Below are positions 16,726-23,924 of a DNA stretch of 32,000 nucleotides, one piece after another. A program made the translations under genes and the position numbers. The stretch's first letter is position 1. Every line of letters begins with the position of its first letter. Location of the stretch: positions 2,610,001-2,642,000 of the forward strand of contig NC_009483.1 of NCBI RefSeq assembly GCF_000016745.1, in the 5' to 3' direction. The notes beneath the pieces were generated by a model. That model was given only the letters and a program-made list of their open reading frames with translations. It did no database searches and was not told the DNA's origin. This DNA is from Geotalea uraniireducens Rf4 (GTDB lineage: Bacteria > Desulfobacterota > Desulfuromonadia > Geobacterales > Geobacteraceae).

Positions 16726-17052
16726 CCAATTGATCTAGCCCACAAAGAAAAGTATGGTGAGGAGCGAGACGCCAACCATTTGGCAGGCCAGTGGCTGCTG
16801 GACAGTAAAGCGTTCAATGCGTTCGTCAAAGAGACAAAACCATATTTCTCCCGCACTGCCATCGTCCGTTTTGCGGCAAGCCAGAGCCGGCACCCCGGCA
16901 TCATCCTTGGCCGGCTTCACCATGAGAAACTGGTGGATTACAAAACCTGCGCGGGTTGTTGGAAATTGGGCCGGTGTTGGGGGAATGGGTGGATAGGTAG
17001 GGGAGCACCGAAAAGAAGGAGTAAAAGGGTCCCCTTGGTTAATCATACCTGA
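16726..17052 (+). pseudogene. C-terminal fragment of an ImmA/IrrE (M78-like) metallopeptidase domain, out of frame with the HTH and lacking HExxH
   Basis: Frame of ORF 16546-17052: ...EERDANHLAGQWLLDSKAFNAFV...TAIVRFAASQSRHPGIILGRLHHEKLVDY resembles the ImmA/IrrE C-terminus (E.eAN.FA..LL.P...). No upstream HExxH is present. Confidence 0.5.
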
Positions 17053-17277
17053 TGCGAAATGGAATATTATCCAGGTCAATAAATGTTCCGTTTGGGTAGA
17101 TCACCGGTTCATGCGCGCGCGTGAACTGGTCAATAATTCGTTAGACGCCAGTAATCAGGAGGGTACGTGAAGAACGTATATGCAATTCTGTTTGTACTAC
17201 TCACTTCCGGCTGTGCATCAATGCCGCTCCCCAAAATGGAGGCCGCATCGCCGTCAATTAAACACCAAGGAGACATC

Positions 17278-17754
17278 ATGAAAGTCAAGCGTATGGACAA
17301 CGTCGGCATCGTGGTGAAAGACATCGACGCTGCAATTCAGTTTTTTACCGAACTCGGCCTTACCCTCGAAGGCCGCATGCCCATCGATGGTGAATGGGCT
17401 GGCCGCGTCACCGGAGTGCGCGGCCAGCGTGTCGAAATCGCTATGATGCGTACCCCTGACGGACACAGCCGCATCGAACTCTCGCGCTTCGACGCCCCCG
17501 CCGTCGAGTCCGATCACCGCACAGCCCCTGTGAACTCGTTGGGATACATGCGCGTAATGTTCACCGTTGAGGACATCGACGACACCCTCGCCCGGCTCAG
17601 CAAGCTCGGTGCGACGTTGGTCGACGAAGTTGTCAACTACGAAAACATCTACCGGCTCTGCTACATCCGGGGTCCCGAAGGAATTCTCATCGGTCTCGCC
17701 CAACAGCTCGGGCAGCAGACCTCCCGAGAGAATCCCATGGAGCGTAAGCGTTGA
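17278..17754 (+). CDS. VOC (glyoxalase/bleomycin-resistance/dioxygenase) family protein
   Basis: MKVKRMDNVGIVVKDIDAAIQFFTELGLTLEGR...MMRTPDGHSRIELSRF...YRLCYIRGPEGILIGLAQQL. An AAGGAGA SD is present. An in-frame GTG at 17167 with an AGGAGG SD would add a lipoprotein-type signal peptide. Confidence 0.8.
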   Translation: MKVKRMDNVGIVVKDIDAAIQFFTELGLTLEGRMPIDGEWAGRVTGVRGQRVEIAMMRTPDGHSRIELSRFDAPAVESDHRTAPVNSLGYMRVMFTVEDIDDTLARLSKLGATLVDEVVNYENIYRLCYIRGPEGILIGLAQQLGQQTSRENPMERKR

Positions 17755-17776
17755 GAACTCTGGCACCAGCGTCTAA

Positions 17777-17812
17777 CAGACAACCAGAGGGGTCCAGACA
17801 ACCAGAGGGGTC
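17777..17812 (+). repeat. 18-bp perfect tandem duplication (CAGACAACCAGAGGGGTC x2)
   Basis: Counted directly. It runs into the X-repeat arm at 17804-17830. Confidence 0.9.
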
Positions 17813-17830
17813 AGCCCTTGACACGAGACA
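17804..17830 (+). repeat. X-repeat arm, copy 1 (AGAGGGGTCAGCCCTTGACACGAGACA)
   Basis: Matches 20712-20738 (same strand) and 20773-20797 (opposite strand). A weaker copy, CTTGGCAGAGACAAA, lies at 18460-18474. Confidence 0.8.
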
Positions 17831-17960
17831 AAAGTAAAAAGGCAGAAAGCTAAAAAGGCGAAGTCCCAACCAGGCAGTTCGACACCGGTCGGGCGGAAAG
17901 GCTGCCCGAACGGGTCAACTGCGCAGCCCCGTTATACCCCCAAGAAAAAGGAGGCTGAAA

Positions 17961-18428
17961 ATGATTGAACATCTACCGCAAGCAATGGCGAGTTTAAATG
18001 CCGCTTCAACTATGATTTCGTCTTTAATTGGACTTAGAGATTTTGCTAAGTACGCCACTCAACTGAACGAGTTGCACGGCCACATTATCAAGGCCAACAC
18101 TACAATTATTTCCGAACAACAGAGTCATTTTGCGCTGTCGGCGAAAATACAAGAACTTGAAAAGGAATGTATGCGCCTGAAAGATTGGAGTGCAGAAAAA
18201 GAGCGATATTCCAGGCAGCAAATAGCCGATGGAGTTTTCGCATATGTTGAAAACGAACCTGTGGCCCCACTCCAAGAAAAACATAAGTTGTGTTGCGACT
18301 GCTTCGACAAAAACATTAAATCTACGCTTCAGCAAAAACAGATTATTGACCGAGGCTGGCATCTCCAACTGACATGTTCTAATGGATGCCAGCCGCTTGT
18401 ATTTAGAGACTATAAAGACGTGCACTAA
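17961..18428 (+). CDS. hypothetical protein (predicted coiled-coil N-half, Cys-rich C-terminus CCxC...CxxxC)
   Basis: 155-aa ORF with a strong SD (AAAGGAGG). The region is AT-richer than the backbone. No family recognised. Confidence 0.6.
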   Translation: MIEHLPQAMASLNAASTMISSLIGLRDFAKYATQLNELHGHIIKANTTIISEQQSHFALSAKIQELEKECMRLKDWSAEKERYSRQQIADGVFAYVENEPVAPLQEKHKLCCDCFDKNIKSTLQQKQIIDRGWHLQLTCSNGCQPLVFRDYKDVH

Positions 18429-18466
18429 AAGGAGGCATACAATGGAACCGTATAAAAATCTTGGCA

Positions 18467-18583
18467 GAGACAAACAATAAGAGACAAACAATAAGGGTCA
18501 CGTCTCCAAAATTCAAATTAGAAATTTGAGAGACAAACAATAAGGGTCACGTCTCCAAAATTCAAATTAGAAATTTGGAGATT
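18467..18583 (+). repeat. 49-bp tandem repeat (2 full copies plus a 14-bp leading partial copy)
   Basis: The unit GAGACAAACAATAAGGGTCACGTCTCCAAAATTCAAATTAGAAATTTGR occurs at 18481-18529 and 18530-18578. Each unit contains GAGAC-N16-GTCTC. Confidence 0.9.
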
Positions 18584-18900
18584 TGCCCCCTTGAGCGCCT
18601 TTATAGTCGGAGTAAAATCATGAGTACACCTCTCGAAAACAAATCAACTTCAAAAGACATCCAGAAGCGGTTTGACAACGATGTTGACCGTTTCTCAAAC
18701 CTCGAAACTGGCCAGGCCGCAACTATCGATGCTCCACTCGCAATGGAGTTGATTACCCAAGCTGCGGTTTCAGGCACAGTAAATATCCGAAGGGTACTTG
18801 ATATAGGCTGTGGTGCTGGCAACAACACTCTCAAACTTCTTCAATCTGCTTCTCCCTTTGATTGTGACCTCATCGACTTGAGCCAACCCATGCTCGAAAG

Positions 18901-20242
18901 GGCTCCTCGACGAATTGAGTGGGTAGCCTGGGCCGGGTTGATGTAAGATAGGCCACCATCACTCAGCCTGGAGGTTAGTAATCGCTATGAATCCTGAAGA
19001 TCTTTTTGGTGCTGCTCTTGGAATTGCCATCCCGTGGAAGGTTACCTCTGTTGACTTCAACAAGAAGTCAAGTCGTTTGGACATAACCATCGACTTCCAG
19101 CGGGGAGCCACCTTTCCCTGTCCGGTCTGCGGAACGTTGTCACCAGTCCATGACACCACGGAGAAAGAGTGGCGGCATCTGAATTTCTTCCAGTACGAAG
19201 CCTACCTTCATGCGCGTGTTCCACGGGTAAAGTGCCCTAACAGCGACTGCGGCGTGAAGTTGGTCCAGGTACCCTGGGCTCGCGCAGGCTCAGGATTTAC
19301 GCTGCTGTTTGAGGCCCTGGCCATGACCATGGCTCGTGATTTGCCGGTGAAGGTCATGAGCAGGCTGTTTGCCGTTACCGATACCCGTCTATGGCGGTTG
19401 ATTCAATCCTATGTCGAGAAGGCAAGGGCCGCAGAAGACTTCTCCGAGGTGAAGAGGGTCGGTGCGGATGAAACCTTTGCCGGGCGCAGTCATGACGAGA
19501 AATTCGTCACCTTCTTCTTCGACCTCGACATGCATAAGCTCTTGTTCGGCACGACGGGAAAGGACAACGAAACAGTCAAGAGCTTCGTCGCGGACCTTAA
19601 GTCACATGGCGGCGATCCTGATAGCATCACAGACGCTGCTATTGACATGTCCAAGGCATTCATAAAGGGTGTCAAAGAGCAGTTGCCCCATGCCGTGGTC
19701 ACCTTCGATAAATTCCACGTCATCAAGCTTATGAACGATAAGCTTAGTAAGATAAGGGCTCAAGAAGCCAGGTTATTTCCTGAAATCCTGAAAAAGAGCA
19801 GAAACCTGTTCCTCAAAAATCCAGAGAACCTGACACCGGAAGAGGAACAGCGCCTGGATGCCATTATCACCAGTCAAAGCTTAAGGAGTACGGAAGCTTA
19901 CATGCACAAGCTGAACCTTCAGAACGTCTATTTTGCTTCAAGCCGAACGGAGGCAGAAACCCTGTTGACCAAATGGCATCGGAAAGCCGCCGCAAGCTCA
20001 ATCCAACTCATCAAGAACATGGCCGAATCTGTAAAAGAGCATTGGGATGGCATTCTGGCACATTTTGAAAGCGGCCTGACTAGCGGCTTCATTGAGGGCA
20101 TCAACAGCCTAATTCAATCAGCCAAAACTCGGGCACGAGGCTATCGGAATCCTGACAACTTGATCTGCATGGCTTATCTGGTTGCAGGCAAGCTCAACCT
20201 AAAGTCGCTATTCCCTCTACCCACTTGATTCGTTGCAGAGCC
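18901..20242 (+). mobile_element. ISL3-family insertion sequence (1342 bp) with 26-bp imperfect terminal inverted repeats and an 8-bp target-site duplication
   Basis: IRL is GGCTCCTCGACGAATTGAGTGGGTAG. IRR (reverse complement) is GGCTCTGCAACGAATCAAGTGGGTAG (21/26 match). TSD CTCGAAAG lies at 18893-18900 and 20243-20250. Confidence 0.9.
18987..20228 (+). CDS. ISL3 family transposase
   Basis: 413-aa ORF with an N-terminal zinc finger (CPVCG...CPNSDC) and ISL3-type DDE-domain layout. The stop lies inside IRR. Confidence 0.9.
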   Translation: MNPEDLFGAALGIAIPWKVTSVDFNKKSSRLDITIDFQRGATFPCPVCGTLSPVHDTTEKEWRHLNFFQYEAYLHARVPRVKCPNSDCGVKLVQVPWARAGSGFTLLFEALAMTMARDLPVKVMSRLFAVTDTRLWRLIQSYVEKARAAEDFSEVKRVGADETFAGRSHDEKFVTFFFDLDMHKLLFGTTGKDNETVKSFVADLKSHGGDPDSITDAAIDMSKAFIKGVKEQLPHAVVTFDKFHVIKLMNDKLSKIRAQEARLFPEILKKSRNLFLKNPENLTPEEEQRLDAIITSQSLRSTEAYMHKLNLQNVYFASSRTEAETLLTKWHRKAAASSIQLIKNMAESVKEHWDGILAHFESGLTSGFIEGINSLIQSAKTRARGYRNPDNLICMAYLVAGKLNLKSLFPLPT

Positions 20243-20711
20243 CTCGAAAGGGCACATGCCCGGATTGCCGCAGTCAATTCAGGTGAAATCAGAATCTTTC
20301 ATGGCGACTTTCGCACACTCGATTTACCGGACCAAGGATATGACGTCATCTTGGCTGCTGCCGTTTTACATCACTTGCGAGATGATCAAGACTGGGAAAC
20401 GGCATTTCGCAAGATTTATAGGCTGACAGCCCCAGGTGGAAGCGTCTGGATAACAGATTTGGTGTCCCATGAAACTGAGCCGGTCCATAGCATGATGTGG
20501 GAACGATATGGAGAATATTTGAGTTCACTTGGAGGAGAAGAGTACAAAAATAAAGTATTTGCATACATCGACAAAGAAGACTCACCACGCCCAGTCACAT
20601 ATCAACTGGATTTACTTCGAAGCGTTGGGTTTGACCATGTGGAGCTATTACATAAAAACTCGTGCTTTGCGGCCTTTGGGGCTGTCAAATGTGGCTAACC
20701 AAGAAGGAAGC

Positions 20712-20824
20712 AGAGGGATCAACCTTTGACACAGGACATTTCGGTAAAAATAAGTGTTTAAGAGCAGCTGTTTGTCTCATGTCAAAGGCTGCCCTCTTAG
20801 GTTTTCCAGGGCTGCCCTCTTAGG
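20712..20824. repeat. palindromic X element (two inverted X arms) followed by a 23-bp-period duplication of GGCTGCCCTCTTAGG
   Basis: The left arm is AGAGGGATCAACCTTTGACACAGGACA (20712-20738). The right arm is TGTCTCATGTCAAAGGCTGCCCTCT (20773-20797). GGCTGCCCTCTTAGG occurs at 20787-20801 and 20810-20824. Confidence 0.85.
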
Positions 20825-20871
20825 CTTTCATTGTGCCTTAAATCAGCAGTATTGACCAGATGGAGTGGATA

Positions 20872-21318
20872 ATGGAATATCAAGTAGGACAACCTGGGCG
20901 GATCATCGTCGCCCGCTTCAATGATGGCGATGATGTGCTGGGTGGCCTGGAGACGATTGCCCGCCGGGAAAACCTGCGGGCCGCCTGTTTCAGCATGGTC
21001 GGCGGAATCAGAAAAGGGGGCTACGTGGTCGGCCCCGAAACCGAGGCGATGCCGCCGGTGCCGGTTTGGCGCGAACTGACCGAAAGCCACGAGGCGACCG
21101 GCTTCGGCACGATCTTCTGGCATGGGGACCAGCCCAAGGTCCATTTTCACGGCGCCTACGCCAAGCACGACTGCGTCAGGGCCGGTTGCCTGCGCCGCGA
21201 CAGCGAGGCCTTCCTGGTGCTGGAAGTCGTCATTACCGAGATACTCGGCGTCGATGCGACCCGCGAACTTGACCAGGAATCGGGAATGGTGCTGCTGCGT
21301 CTGGCTTCGAAGAGGTAA
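20872..21318 (+). CDS. PPC (DUF296) domain protein
   Basis: MEYQVGQPGRIIVARFNDGDDVLGGLETIARRENLRAACFSMVGGI...HFHGAYA... is a typical PPC/DUF296 layout. A GGAG SD lies 6 nt before the ATG at 20872. The ORF track start is 20860. Confidence 0.7.
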   Translation: MEYQVGQPGRIIVARFNDGDDVLGGLETIARRENLRAACFSMVGGIRKGGYVVGPETEAMPPVPVWRELTESHEATGFGTIFWHGDQPKVHFHGAYAKHDCVRAGCLRRDSEAFLVLEVVITEILGVDATRELDQESGMVLLRLASKR

Positions 21319-21408
21319 GGGAAAGGCTGACGCCGACCGCGGTAATGCTGCACGGACGGGTCAACTGCGGCCCCGCTGAACAAAAGAAAAGCCTTGGAAG
21401 GAAGAGAG

Positions 21409-21762
21409 ATGAATGATTTCCCTGAGTTCATGAAGCATCCCCTCAACAAAATCCCAACCGCTTCCCAACACACCGAGGAGATTGAAGGATATGTCTTTGA
21501 TGGTGCGGACGGGAGCCAAGTCGCTTTCTGGAAATGCTGCACGCAGCGTGTGTCGCAAGAACACACTCATGATTACGATGAATACCTGGCTGTGCTTCAA
21601 GGGCAGTACACCCTGATTATTGACCAGCAGCGAATCTCTCTTGGTGTGGGACAAGAATATTTTATTCCGAAAGGAATAGCCCATGCGGGCGAAGGCTTAG
21701 CGGGAACACGCACAGTTCATTGCTTTGGTGGCAAACGCATTCCAAGAGAAAAGCAGGACTGA
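21409..21762 (+). CDS. cupin domain protein
   Basis: 117 aa: ...WKCCTQRVSQEHTHDYDEYLAVLQGQYTLIIDQQRISLGVGQEYFIPKGIAHAG, a cupin two-motif pattern. The ATG at 21409 follows GGAAGGAAGAGAG. Confidence 0.7.
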   Translation: MNDFPEFMKHPLNKIPTASQHTEEIEGYVFDGADGSQVAFWKCCTQRVSQEHTHDYDEYLAVLQGQYTLIIDQQRISLGVGQEYFIPKGIAHAGEGLAGTRTVHCFGGKRIPREKQD

Positions 21763-21821
21763 AAATCTTCGGAAGAACAAAGGGAATTGTGAACGCATAA
21801 CCCTTTGTATAAGGAATTAAT

Positions 21822-22472
21822 ATGACACTGTGGAAAACCCAGCCAACATTGGATCAAATCAAAGAGAGATCCAAAAACTCATTGATCGATCATCTCGGCA
21901 TTGAATACCTGGAGATTGGCGACGATTATCTGAAAGCCAGGATGCCGGTTGATCACAGAACAAAACAGCCGGCAGGCATACTCCATGGCGGGGCTTCGGT
22001 GGTCCTGGCCGAAACCCTGGGAAGTGTCGCGGCAACATTATGCGTAGACAGGGAAAAGAAGAGTATTGTCGGGCTCGAAATAAACGCAAATCACATACGA
22101 CCGGTCAGCGTTGTCCGGTTTGGTTTTTGCTTACGTCCCGTAGGGACAGAATACTGGTAGCCGGGGAATTCATTCCCCGGTCATCCAGGCGAAATATCAT
22201 CACGTCACGTACGTGACGTGGGGAAATATAGCATCTCATCCGGGGGATGAATCCCCCGGCTACATTCAAACGCCCCTAATGGGGCTTAACAACCTTGATG
22301 CACAAACCAAACCGGACAACGCTGACGACCGGTAAACGATGGGTGGGTAACAGGCGTAACGAAACCGATCCATGTGGGAAATACGACTCAAATATGGGAA
22401 ATCAGGATTTATAACGAACAGGACAAACTCGTTTGTGTTTCACGGCTGACTGTAGCAAACATTGACATATAG
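21822..22472 (+). pseudogene. PaaI-family (hotdog) thioesterase interrupted by a 221-bp MITE
   Basis: The N-part contains ...QPAGILHGGASVVLAETLGS...GLEINANHIRP. Excising 22105-22325 plus one TSD copy restores ...HIRPVNDGWVTGVTKPIHVGNTTQIWEIRIYNEQDKLVCVSRLTVANIDI, then stop. Confidence 0.85.
22105..22325. mobile_element. foldback MITE with perfect 22-bp terminal inverted repeats, a 7-bp TSD (8 bp if the shared A is counted) and nested internal palindromes
   Basis: TIR is TCAGCGTTGTCCGGTTTGGTTT / AAACCAAACCGGACAACGCTGA. TSD CGACCGG lies at 22098-22104 and 22326-22332. The central perfect palindrome CACGTCACGTACGTGACGTG is at 22201-22220. Confidence 0.85.
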
Positions 22473-22582
22473 GGAATATTTGGCCCCGTGAAGTGCGGGG
22501 CAAGATGGGGGAGACATTGGTAAAGTCATGTTCGCGATGGAAAAGTGCATCGATGCCTTCTTTCTTACGGAGCTAAAAGGCC

Positions 22583-23209
22583 TTGATCAGTAAAGCACTC
22601 AAGACAATCTGCATACTATTTCTCCTCTTCAGTGCAGCGCCCGTCCACGCGGAGCCGCCTGCCAAAGAGGTACTCGCCGAGATCAACCTTGCCCGCACCA
22701 ATCCGCAGGCCTATGCCGGATTTATCAGGAAATTCCGCCGGCAGTTCCGGGGAAAGAACTATCGTCTCGGCAACTCCCCTACCCTCGTACAAACGACGGA
22801 AGGGGTAAAGGCGGTCGACGAGGCGATCCGCTTCCTCTCCCGCCAGAAGCCGCTCCCTCCACTCAGCTGGTCGGATGGGCTGGCCGCGGCGTCGGCAGAG
22901 CTCGCCGGCGAACAGGAAGCGTCCGGTGCGATCGGCCACGAGGGTAAAAGCGGCGGCATGCGCGAGCGGATTGAGCGGGAAGGGGAATGGCAAGGGGAGA
23001 TCGGCGAAAATATCGGCTACGGCCCGGCAGAAGCCAGGCTTATGGTGATGCAGCTCATCATCGACGACGGGGTGCCGGGACGGGGGCACCGGAAGAACAC
23101 CTTTCGCAGGGCCTTCGGTAAGGCCGGCGTCGCCTGCGGTCCCCATCCACGCTTCGGGAACATGTGCGTCATCGACTTTGCGGGTGGTTTTTGGGGGAAA
23201 AGTAAATAG
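22583..23209 (+). CDS. secreted CAP (SCP/PR1-like, YkwD-type) domain protein
   Basis: 208-aa ORF with a signal peptide (ICILFLLFSAAPVHA) and CAP motifs (INLARTNP..., GHRKN). It has a TTG start as in the ORF track. Confidence 0.75.
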   Translation: MISKALKTICILFLLFSAAPVHAEPPAKEVLAEINLARTNPQAYAGFIRKFRRQFRGKNYRLGNSPTLVQTTEGVKAVDEAIRFLSRQKPLPPLSWSDGLAAASAELAGEQEASGAIGHEGKSGGMRERIEREGEWQGEIGENIGYGPAEARLMVMQLIIDDGVPGRGHRKNTFRRAFGKAGVACGPHPRFGNMCVIDFAGGFWGKSK

Positions 23210-23250
23210 AGCGCAGTTTGTTATACTTACCCAACAGGGAAGGATACTTT

Positions 23251-23742
23251 ATGCGCTCGATCCTGCTGCTCTGCTCATTATGCCTTTTTATTTCGATGGA
23301 TGCTGTCGAGCTCAACGCCGGGGTATTCAGCGAAGGCGACCTCGTGCAGGTCAATTTCGGCCCATACATCTATCACTACAGCTCCAATCCCAAGCGTAAT
23401 CCCTACCCCTGGTTCACCGGCGTGGAATGGGAGTCGTCATCGCGCTGGGAACTCGGGGGCGCGGTCTTCAGTAATTCCTACTACCAGCCCTGCGGCTATT
23501 TGTACGGCGGCAAGCGCTTCATTCACGGTTCGCCGGATGAGAATCTGTTCCTCAAGCTAACCGTCGGAGCGATAATCGGGTACTTTCCCCCATACGAGAA
23601 CAAGATCCCGGTGAATCTGGACGGTATCGGACTTGGCGTCGTTCCTGCGGTCGGCTACAAGTACAAGCGCACCACAATCCAGATCGTCATCCTGAGCACA
23701 TCGGCTCTGATGCTGAACCTCGGCTATGATCTCTGGAAGTAA
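23251..23742 (+). CDS. hypothetical exported protein, possibly a small outer-membrane beta-barrel
   Basis: MRSILLLCSLCLFISMDAVELNAG signal-like N-terminus, alternating aromatic/Gly-rich strands and a C-terminal ...LGYDLWK. The ATG at 23251 has a GGGAAGGA SD. Confidence 0.55.
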   Translation: MRSILLLCSLCLFISMDAVELNAGVFSEGDLVQVNFGPYIYHYSSNPKRNPYPWFTGVEWESSSRWELGGAVFSNSYYQPCGYLYGGKRFIHGSPDENLFLKLTVGAIIGYFPPYENKIPVNLDGIGLGVVPAVGYKYKRTTIQIVILSTSALMLNLGYDLWK

Positions 23743-23870
23743 GAAACAGGGGTTGAAAGTGATCCCATACCAGAACATCATTCGCCTAAGCAGATAAACT
23801 TGCCAATAAGCTCAAAACCAGCCTACCAAGCACCTCGACTATAAATTGTTTCCATCGGTATTTATATTCG

Positions 23871-23911
23871 TTGACTTTACCGAAATTTGTATTTACATTT
23901 CAGTAAATACA
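23871..23911 (+). promoter_or_regulatory. candidate brnTA promoter (TTGACT-17-TACATT) overlapped by a perfect 9-bp inverted repeat (putative operator)
   Basis: TTGACT at 23871-23876 and TACATT at 23894-23899. The inverted repeat TGTATTTAC-ATTTCA-GTAAATACA is at 23888-23911. Confidence 0.45.
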
Positions 23912-23924
23912 ATAGGAATTCTCG

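Larger units (their letters stand above)
18620..20698 (+). pseudogene. class I SAM-dependent methyltransferase interrupted by an ISL3 element
   Basis: The N-part (18620-18900) contains VLDIGCGAGNNT (motif I). The C-part (20251-20698) follows. Removing the IS and one TSD copy restores ...PMLERAHARIAAVN... in frame. Confidence 0.85.

Noticed and set aside
16546-17052. 168-aa ORF treated as one intact gene
   Set aside because: Its first 60 or so codons overlap the HigA-like HTH ORF in another frame and look like low-complexity read-through. Only the distal part resembles an ImmA/IrrE C-terminus. It is interpreted as a gene fragment.
17771-17883. Canonical integron attC site (GTCTAAC ... GTTCGAC, 113 bp) after the VOC gene
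   Set aside because: The length and outer boxes look right, but the inner flanks (AGACAACCAGAGGGG versus GAAGTCCCAACCAGGCA) are direct rather than inverted repeats, so the R''-L''/L'-R' hairpin cannot form. No GTTRRRY closes the hairpin at 20712-20830 either. The question is left open for a covariance-model search.
18467-18583. CRISPR array
   Set aside because: The 49-bp units are directly adjacent with no unique spacers, there are only two full copies, and no cas genes are nearby. This is a tandem repeat, not a CRISPR.
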